Assembly (NCBI GenBank): GCA_964016885.1
Contig: OZ024747.1
Span: forward strand, 7,936,001-8,000,000
Direction: 5' to 3'
From: Eledone cirrhosa
Lineage: Eukaryota
DNA length: 64,000 bases
The notes beneath the pieces are model-generated. The model searched no databases. It was not told the origin of the DNA and saw nothing but the letters and a program-made list of their open reading frames with translations. Numbering within the stretch: position 1 is the first letter of the stretch; each line of letters begins with the position of its first letter. This document shows positions 54,660 through 64,000 of this stretch, piece by piece. A program made the position numbers and the translations under genes.

Positions 54660-56850
54660 ATGGTGTTGGTGGTGGTGATGGTGGTGGTGATGGTGGTGGT
54701 GAGGGTGGTGGTGATGGTGGTGGTGATGGTGGTGGTGATGGTGGTGGTGATGGTGGTGGTGAGGGTGGTGGTGAGGGTGGTGGTGATGGTGGTGGTGAGG
54801 GTGGTGGTGAGGGTGGTGGTGATGGTGGTGGTGATGGTGGTGGTGATGGTGGTGGTGATGGTGGTGGTGATGGTGGTGGTGATGGTGGTGGTGATGGTGG
54901 TGGTGATGGTGGTGGTGATGGTGGTGGTTGTGGTGATGGTGATGGTGGTGGTGATGGTGGTGGTGATGGTGGTGGTGGTGGTGGTGGTGGTGATGGTGGT
55001 GATGATGGTGGTGGTGATGGTGGTGGTGGTGGAGCTGATGGTGGTGATGATGGTATTGGTCATGTTGGTGGTGTTGGTGATGATGATGGTGATGGTAGCA
55101 GTGATGGTGGTGGTAATATTTATGGTGGTGGTGGTGGTAGCAGTGATGGTGGTGGTGGTGGTAGTGGGGGTTGTAGTAGTGATGGTGGTGGTGGTGGTAG
55201 CGGTGATGGTGGTGGTGATGATGGTGGGGGTTGTAGTAGTAGTGGTGGTGGTGGTAGCAGTGATGGTGGCAGTTGTGGTGGGGGTTGTAGTAGTGATGGT
55301 GGTGGTGGTGGTAGCAATGATGGTGGTGGTGGTAGTGGGGGTTGTAGTAGTGATGGTGGTGGTGGTGGTGGTAGCAGTGATGGTGGTGGTGATGATGGTG
55401 GGGGTTGTAGTAGTAATGGTGGTGGTAATATTTAGGGTGGTGGTGGTGGTAGCGGTGATGGTGGTGGTGGTGGTAGTGGGGGTTGTAGTAGTGATGGTGG
55501 TGGTGGTGGTAGCGGTGATGGTGGTGGTGATGATGGTGGGGGTTGTAGTAGTAGTGGTGGTGGTGGTAGCAGTGATGGTGGCAGTTGTGGTGGGGGTTGT
55601 AGTAGTGATGGTGGTGGTGGTGGTAGCAATGATGGTGGTGGTGGTGGTAGTGGGGGTTGTAGTAGTGATGGTGGTGGTGGTGGTGGTAGCAGTGATGGTG
55701 GTGGTGATGATGGTGGGGGTTGTAGTAGTAATGGTGGTGGTAATATTTAGGGTGGTGGTGGTGGTAGCGGTGATGGTGGTGGTGGTGGTAGTGGGGGTTG
55801 TAGTAGTGATGGTGGTGGTGGTGGTAGCGGTGATGGTGGTGGTGATGATGGTGGGGGTTGTAGTAGTAGTGGTGGTGGTGGTAGCAGTGATGGTGGCAGT
55901 TGTGGTGGGGGTTGTAGTAGTGATGGTGGTGGTGGTGGTAGCAATGATGGTGGTGGTGGTGGTAGTGGGGGTTGTAGTAGTGATGGTGGTGGTGGTGGTA
56001 GCGGTGATGGTGGTGGTGATGATGGTGGGGGTTGTAGTAGTAGTGGTGGTGGTGGTAGCAGTGATGGTGGCAGTTGTGGTGGGGGTTGTAGTAGTGATGG
56101 TGGTGGTGGTGGTAGCAATGATGGTGGTGGTGGTGGTAGTGGGGGTTGTAGTAGTGATGGTGGTGGTGGTGGTGGTAGCAGTGATGGTGGTGGTGATGAT
56201 GGTGGGGGTTGTAGTAGTAATGGTGGTGGTAATATTTAGGGTGGTGGTGGTAGCGGTGATGGTGGTGGTGGTGGTAGTGGGGGTTGTAGTAGTGATGGTG
56301 GTGGTGGTGGTAGCGGTGATGGTGGTGGTGATGATGGTGGGGGTTGTAGTAGTAGTGGTGGTGGTGGTAGCAGTGATGGTGGCAGTTGTGGTGGGGGTTG
56401 TAGTAGTGATGGTGGTGGTGGTGGTAGCAATGATGGTGGTGGTGGTGGTAGTGGGGGTTGTAGTAGTGATGGTGGTGGTGGTGGTAGCGGTGATGGTGGT
56501 GGTGATGATGGTGGGGGTTGTAGTAGTAGTGGTGGTGGTGGTAGCAGTGATGGTGGCAGTTGTGGTGGGGGTTGTAGTAGTGATGGTGGTGGTGGTGGTA
56601 GCAATGATGGTGGTGGTGGTGGTAGTGGGGGTTGTAGTAGTGATGGTGGTGGTGGTGGTAGCGGTAATGGTGGTGGTGATGATGGTGGGGGTTGTAGTAG
56701 TAATGGTGGTGGTAATATTTAGGGTGGTGGTGGTGGTAGCGGTGATGGTGGTGGTGATGATGGTGGGGGTTATAGTAGTAATGGTGGTGGTAATATTTAG
56801 GGTGGTGGTGGACACAGTGATGGTGGCAGTGGTGGTGGAAGTTGGGGTTT
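54660..56850. repeat. (GGT/GAT/AGT)n compound repeat with higher-order units
   Basis: The marker taatatttagggtgg recurs at about 55426, 55741, 56230, 56713 and 56791. Confidence 0.92.
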
Positions 56851-57072
56851 AGATGTATTTCCAGATAAACATTATTAATAAAGACACCAAAATAAAGGAA
56901 ATTAGTCCCTAACAAAATATTTATCAAAGTAAGAATTTCTCAAGAAGTTTTTATCATTCATTTTAGACATTTTGAATGGGAGGAGGAGAGGGTGAGGAGA
57001 GGGAGGAAAAGATGGAGCGGAAGAAGAAGACGAAGAGGGAGAAGGAACATGATGATAATAATAATAATAATA

Positions 57073-57261
57073 ATTGTGTCTACTTTTGGCACAAGGCCAG
57101 CAAATACCCAGTGCATTACTGGTACTTTATTTTATCGACCCCGTAAGGATGAAAGGCAAAGTTAACCTCGGCGGGATTTGAACTCAGACCATAAAGGGAC
57201 GTAACTCTATATGTCAAAGCATGGCGTCCGACCCTCTACCGATTCTGCCAATCCACCGCCG
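57073..57261 (-). mobile_element. SINE family A, full length
   Basis: Same sequence as the other family A copies. Confidence 0.9.
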
Positions 57262-57301
57262 ATAACAATAATAATGAAGGTAATTATGATAATAGAAATA
57301 T

Positions 57302-57550
57302 TAAGAAGAAGAAGAAGGTGGAGAAGAAGAAGAAAAAGGAGACAAAGAAGAAGTGAAAGAAGAAGAAGATGAAGAAGACAAAGAAGAAGGAAAAGAAAAA
57401 GAAGAAGAAGAAGAAGAAGAAGAAGAAGAAGAAGAAGAAGAAGAAGAAGAAGAATATAAAGAAGAAGAAGAAGAAGAAGAAGAACATAAAGAAGAAGACA
57501 AAGAAGAAGAAAAAAAAAGAAAAAGAAGAAGAAAAAGATGAAGAAGAAAA
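57302..57550. repeat. (GAA)n polypurine tract
   Basis: Directly visible. Confidence 0.95.
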
Positions 57551-57832
57551 GACATTTGATATTGTCATAAAAAATTGAAAATTAATAAATTAATGAAAAC
57601 ACTCACTATATGTGTTTGTGTGTGTATATGTGTCTATGTGTATGTGTATGTGTGTGTATGTGTATGTATGTGTATGTGTATGTATGTGCATGTGTATGTA
57701 TGTATGTGCATGTGTATGTATGTGTGTGTATGTGTATGTATGTGTGTGTATGTGTATGTATGTGTATGTATGTGTATGTATGTGTGTGTATGTGTATGTA
57801 TACATTTATATAAGTATTATTTATTATTTTAT

Positions 57833-57952
57833 ATCTGAGTTCAAATCCCGCCGAGGTTGACTTTGCCTTTCATCCTTACGGGGTCGATAAAATAAAGTAC
57901 CAGTAATGTACTGGGTAATTGCTGGCCTTGTGCCTAAAGTAGAAACAATTAT
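57833..57952 (+). mobile_element. SINE family A, 5'-truncated
   Basis: Begins at ctgagttcaaatcccgccgagg. Confidence 0.85.
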
Positions 57953-58067
57953 TTATTATTTTATAAAATATGTGTTTCATTATTTCATCACCATAATCAT
58001 TATCATAATTGTTATATATACATATATATATATATATCAATATATATATATTCATTCATTCATTCAT

Positions 58068-58395
58068 TTCATTTTACATCTACTTTTTCCCTGCTTGCAA
58101 GGGTGGGACGGGAACTGATTCTGGTTGATTTCTACAGCTGGATGCCCTTCCTAACACCAACCTCATTTACAGTGAGTGGTGGGTGCTTTTTTGCCGTGGC
58201 ACCTCCACGACCACTTTGCAGTGGAATGATATGGACCCCAGTCCCTATCATCTCATTTCTACAGCTGAGTAAACTGGAGTAATGGGAAATAAAGTGTCTT
58301 GCTCAAGGAAACAACACATCACCCGGTCTGAGAATTGAACTCACAACCTTTCGATTGCAAGGCCAATGCTCTAACCACTAAGCCATGTGCCTCCA
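58068..58395 (-). mobile_element. SINE family B, full length
   Basis: Matches 15825-16203. Confidence 0.88.
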
Positions 58396-58411
58396 TATGT
58401 GTGTATGTGTA

Positions 58412-58749
<338 letters not shown>

Positions 58750-58795
58750 CACATATATATATATATGTATGTATATATATATATATATATATATA

Positions 58796-59111
58796 TAGAA
58801 AGATTTGAATGGATACAGTTTAGTTGAAAGGAATTTATTGACACGTGTTTCTATAACAGTTACATAACCTAAAACAGCTATCTACAAACTTTTAGTTATG
58901 CAGACATTCAATATTTCAATGTTATTGTTTACTGTCATTTCATAGAAACACGTGTCAATAAATTCCTTTCAACTAAACTGTATCCATTCAAATCTTTCTA
59001 TTTTTCTCCGGATTACTTTTGGAACTACAACTGGAACCGTCGAGCAAACTCTACGTGAGCTGATAATCTACTGTGTGTAATATTTATATTACAACACAAC
59101 GGAAAAAACTG
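58796..59111 (+). mobile_element. Foldback element with truncated hammerhead
   Basis: Inverted repeat 58796-58854 / 58942-59000 containing GAAAC-ACGT-GTC-AATAAA, with a tail of about 110 bp. Confidence 0.7.
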
Positions 59112-59223
59112 TATATATATATATATATATATATACTGTACATATATATATATACATGTATATATATATATATGTATGTATGTATATAAACTGTACATAT
59201 ACATATATATATATATATATACA

Positions 59224-59254
<31 letters not shown>

Positions 59255-59585
59255 GTGAATGAAGTAATTCCATCGGAAAAGTCCAGGAAAAAAGAGTGCT
59301 CTATGTAAGCAACAGAGCTTAATTATTATTATTATGTAATAAACAACATAAGGCAATTATTCCATTTACCAGTGGTTTCTTAAAAGCAAAAGGTTTTGCT
59401 TTCAACCCTCAGAATGAAAAATCCTGGTTTGTTTATTGAATATGGATTCTAAAACTTTAGAATCCATATTCAATAAACAAACCAGGATTTTTCATTCTGA
59501 GGATTGAAAGCAAAACCTTTTGCTTTTAAGAAACCACTGGTAAATGGAATAATTGCCTTATGTTGTTTATTACATAATAATAATA
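59255..59585 (-). mobile_element. Foldback element with paired hammerheads
   Basis: Arms of about 130 bp (59324-59453 / 59456-59585) with the tail on the left. Confidence 0.8.
59490..59549 (+). ncRNA. Type-I hammerhead ribozyme, intact core
   Basis: TTTCATT-CTGAGGA-TTGAAAGCAAAA-cc-TTTTGCTTTTAA-GAAACC-act-GGTA-AATGGAA. All three stems pair, with predicted cleavage after GUA at 59542. Confidence 0.85.
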
Positions 59586-59660
59586 TATATATATATATAC
59601 ATATACATACACACACACATATATATATATACACACACACATATATATATACACACACAC

Positions 59661-59705
<45 letters not shown>

Positions 59706-59747
59706 CACACACACACATATATATACACACATATATATATATATACA

Positions 59748-60755
59748 TACAATATTAAATAAATGGAAACTATATTTATAAAACCATATTTATTTCATTA
59801 TATATATTTCGGGGATATCATATTAACAATATGCTATGCCTTCCTCAGACAAAATACAATATAAACAGTTTTATAGATAAATAGATTCGACATACCGTTA
59901 TAACACCGACTTGCATTTGAGGAGGTCAAACTGGCAGTGAAAAAATTTTACACAGAGAGAAAGAAAGAGAGAAAAAAAGCAAGACAGAGAACGAAGAAAA
60001 GGAAGAAAAAGAAGAAATGCATGGAACAAAAAAGAGAGATGGAAAGATAGATATAGAGAAGAACTTCATGTAAAGAAGTTTTTCTCTCTCTCTCTATATA
60101 TCTCCCTTTTCTCTCTCTCTCTCTATATATCTCCCTTACATTAATACTAGAGCTAAATAAATAAATAAATAAATAAATGTATCACTGATACATTTACTCA
60201 AAATTGACCTCCCACTACCTAATTTTCTATCTATATATATATGTATCTATATGTATCTATCTCTATTTCCTCTCTCTCTCTATATATATATCTCTTTCTG
60301 TTTCTTTACATGAAGTTTTTTATCTCTTTCTGTTTCTTTACATGAAGTTCTTCTCTATATCTATCTTTCCATCTCGCTTTTTTGTTCCATGCATTTCTTC
60401 TTTTTCTTCCTTTTCTTCGTTCTCTGTCTTTCTTTCTTTTTTTCTCTCTTTCTTTCTCTCTGTGTAAAATTTTTTCACTGCCAGTTTGACCTCCTCAAAT
60501 GCAAGTCGGTGTTATAACGGTATGTCGAATCTATTTATCTATAAAACTGTTTATATTGTATTTTGTCTGAGGAAGGCATAGCATATTGTTAATATGATAT
60601 CCCCGAAATATATATAATGAAATAAATATGGTTTTATAAATATAGTTTCCATTTATTTAATATTGTAAATATACTCCAAATATTTGTCGAGTGCTTTTAT
60701 ATCAGTTATAAATATTTACTAGTTGTAACCCAACAATTTTAAATATAACTTTCCA
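59748..60755 (+). mobile_element. Large foldback element with paired hammerhead-like motifs
   Basis: Arms of about 330 bp (59748-60077 / 60334-60667) and a tail of about 88 bp. CTGAGGA at 60567-60573 and GAAA-TATATA-TA at 60605-60616. Confidence 0.75.
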
Positions 60756-60820
60756 TATATATACATACATATATTTATGTGTGTGTGATATATTCTTATT
60801 TCCATACTATCATATATTAT

Positions 60821-61020
60821 TTGGCAGTATTGGTAGAGGGTCGGACGCCATGCTTTGCGGCATAGAGTTACGGCCCTTGCTATTCTGAGTTCAAATCCCG
60901 CCGAGGTTAACATTGCCTTTCATCCTTACGGGGTCGATAAAATAAAGTACCAGTAATACCCTCAGATAATTGGGATAATTGCTGGCCTTGTGCCAAAAGT
61001 AGAAGCAATTATTATTATTA
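60821..61020 (+). mobile_element. SINE family A
   Basis: Same sequence as the other family A copies, with a small insertion. Confidence 0.88.
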
Positions 61021-61059
61021 TATATTCACATATCATCCTATTTGTTATTCTAATAATAT

Positions 61060-62044
61060 TGATGATGATGGTGGTGATGGTGGTGATGGTGGTGGTGGTG
61101 GTGATGGTGATGGTGATGGTGGTGATGGCGATGGTGGTGATGATGGTGATGATGGTGATGGTGGTGGTGATGGTGGTGATGATGGTGATGGTGGTGGTGA
61201 TGGTGATGGTGGTGGTGATGGTGATGGTGGTGATGATGGTGATGGTGGTGGTGATGGTGATGGTGATGGTGGTGATGGTGATGGTGGTGATGATGGTGAT
61301 GATGGTGATGGTGGTGGTGATGGTGGTGGTGATGGTGATGGTGATGATGATGGTGATGGTGGTGATGATGGTGATGATGGCGGTGATGGTGGTGATGGTG
61401 ATGATGGTGATGGTGATGGTGGTGGTGATGGTGATGGTGATGATGATGGTGATGGTGATGGTGGTGACGGTGATGATGGTGATGGTGATGGTGGTGATGA
61501 TGGTGATGGTGATGATGGTGATGATGATGGTGGTGATGGTGATGGTGATGGTGATGGTGGTAGTGATGGTGATGATGGTGATGGTGATGGCGGTGGTGAT
61601 GGTGGTGATGATGGTGATGGTGATGATGATGATGATGGTGATGATGGTGATGATGATGGTGATGGTGGTAGTGATGGTGATGATGGTGATGGTGATGGTG
61701 GTGATGGTGGTGGTGATGGTGATGATGATGGTGATGGTGGTGATGATGATGGTGGTGATGGTGATGGTGATGGTGGTGATGGTGATGGTGGTGATGATGG
61801 TGATGGTGATGATGGTGATGATGGTGATGGTGATGGTGGTAGTGATGGTGATGATGGTGATGGTGATGGCGGTGATGATGGTGGTGATGATGGTGATGGT
61901 GATGATGATGATGATGGTGATGATGGTGGTGATGATGGTGATGATGGTGATGATGGTGGTGAGAGTAATAATCACCATTTATGTTGTTGCTGTCATATAT
62001 ATTATTATGATTAGCAGTTTCATTACTTCTAACACTATCATTAC

Positions 62045-62082
<38 letters not shown>

Positions 62083-62430
62083 CCACCACCATCACCACCA
62101 TCACCATCACCACCACCACCATCACCACCACCATTATCATTGTCATTACCATTATCATTGTCATTACCATTATCATCATCACCACCATCACCACCATCAC
62201 CACCACCATCATCATCATCATCACCATCATCACCACCACCACCACCACCACCATCACCACCACCATTATCATTATCATCACCATTATCATTGTCATTACC
62301 ATTATCATTGTCATTACCATTATCATCATCACCACCATCACCACCATCACCACCACCATTATCATTATCATCACCATTATCATTGTCATTACCATTATCA
62401 TTGTCATTATCATTATTATCGTCATTAAAA
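61060..62430. repeat. (GAT/GGT)n tract followed by complementary (CAT/CAC)n tract
   Basis: Directly visible. The strand switch lies at about 61960-62040. Confidence 0.92.
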
Positions 62431-62984
62431 TTATTTTATTTATCATAAAAAAATGTTTTTATATCAGGAGAATTGTTTTCTTCCTTTCCCCTCCTTAATA
62501 CTGTTTAAATCTTATCTCAGTTCTCCCCAGGGACCATTATTACAAATATTATATCTAACCCACTACTCTACACCCCATTACCCCCTACAGTTCTTATCCA
62601 TGCACTACACACCACTGCCTGCTAATTATATTAATGCTCACTTTAACTGTCATCAGCAGCAGCAGCAGCAGCACCAACAACAGGAACAAGAAAAACAACG
62701 TCACTATCATTACCACCACTACCACTACCACCACCACCACCACCACCACCACCATCAACACCATAACCATAACTACCACCACCATCACCCTCCTCAAACC
62801 ATCAATACCACCACCACCTTCCTTACCATCATCATCACCATTGTCACCAAATACAGCAACAACAACATTACACCACCTCCTCTCTTCCTATTCTAAAATT
62901 ATCCCACGTGATAAAAATGACTCCACCTTATATCTGAGGTTTGTCCTAAAAGTAAAGATGCTGATGTTTTATTTAAATGTATAT

Positions 62985-64000
62985 TAAATGTACCTGAAAT
63001 GACAAGTTACCTCCTTCCAAATCTGACCCTTGCTAAGTCACAGAATGGTTCTGATGTTTTTTCCATTGATCGTAGCAATACCAGAAGTCATTTTCTGTGA
63101 GTGACCTTAGCTTGTCAGTTACAATATTTTGTATGTTTTCCACAGTCCTAAAATGTGACCCTTCAATTTCGACTTAGGGAAGATGTAGAAATCACTCAAA
63201 GCTAGATCTGGGCTATAGGGAAGATATGGAAGAGTGGGAATGGTTTTCCTCACCAGAAATTCTCTAATTGAAAGTGCTGTGTGAGCAGGTGTGTTATCGT
63301 GGTGCAGTACCCAATCTCCTGCAATGTTCTGTCAGACTTGCTGGACCTGTTTTCAAAGTCATTCCAAGACATCTTTGTAGACGATTAACTGTCTGTCCTG
63401 GAGGTAAAAATTCTTTGTAAACAACACGGTTTTCCCAAAAAAATGATAATCATTGTTTTCACCTTGGATCTGCTCATGCATGCTTTCTTCGGACAAGGAG
63501 AATCTTTCATGTGCCACTCCTAACTTTGCTGTTTTATCTCTCGATTCTACTCAAAACATTCATCTCCTGTTATGTTATTACTTTATTCAAGCGGTGGATT
63601 GACAGTATCGATAGAGGGTCGGACGCCATGCTTTCCAGCATAGTTACGTCCCTTTACGATCTGAGTTCAAATCCCGCCGAGGTTGACTTTGCCTTTCATC
63701 CTTACGGGGTCAATAAAATAAAGTACCAGTAATGCACTGGGTAATTTCTGGCCTTGTGCCTAGGGTAGAAACAGTTATTACTTTATTCAACAAATTTAGA
63801 TCAAATTTGAATCTTTCTTGCAAATCTCAACAAATTTGCAAACAGTTCACTTTTTGCTCTATAGACAAATGTTTGAGCTCTAATTTGACACATTTTTTGC
63901 ATGTTAAGATTCTGTGAACTGCATTTTTATCTAAGACTGTTTCTTCTGCAATCATCTTAACACTTACTTGGTGATCTTTTGCCATGTGCTGTGATACTAT
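62985..64000 (-). pseudogene. Decayed mariner (Tc1/mariner) transposase
   Basis: Minus-strand remnants VSVKMIAEET..VHRILT, KVITGDE, HDNTPAHT and LPYSPDLALSDF.IFPK, with frameshifts and a SINE insertion. Confidence 0.85.
63591..63775 (+). mobile_element. SINE family A inserted in the mariner
   Basis: Full-length copy with TSD gttattactttattcaa. Confidence 0.9.

Noticed and set aside
54315-56927. His-, Thr-, Val- and Gly-rich long ORFs (mucin-like or His-rich protein)
   Set aside because: Trinucleotide repeat open in several frames on both strands, with no signal peptide, splice context or unique domain.

Overview
AT-rich eukaryotic genomic DNA, most likely from an octopus or other coleoid cephalopod (inferred from the protocadherin type and the repeat landscape). 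The only convincing protein-coding gene is a minus-strand protocadherin whose large exon (about 5686-8106) encodes a signal peptide, 6 cadherin repeats, a transmembrane helix and the start of the cytoplasmic tail. The rest is microsatellites, large minisatellites (30, 37, 48, 73 bp and a 36/53 bp unit with a 1417 bp higher-order duplication), two tRNA-derived SINE families, LINE fragments (R4/Dong, RTE, CR1, possible RTE-X), piggyBac- and hAT-type MITEs, and a decayed mariner. The most notable unexplained structure is a set of at least nine short non-coding foldback elements from several unrelated sequence families. Each is an inverted repeat, usually with a one-sided tail, embedded in (TA)n tracts and concentrated at 52.8-60.8 kb. 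Several carry complete or truncated type-I hammerhead ribozyme motifs in both arms, the architecture expected for termini of Penelope-like retroelements. Nearly all other ORFs in the supplied track are repeat artefacts. Coordinates were counted by eye and repeat boundaries are approximate.
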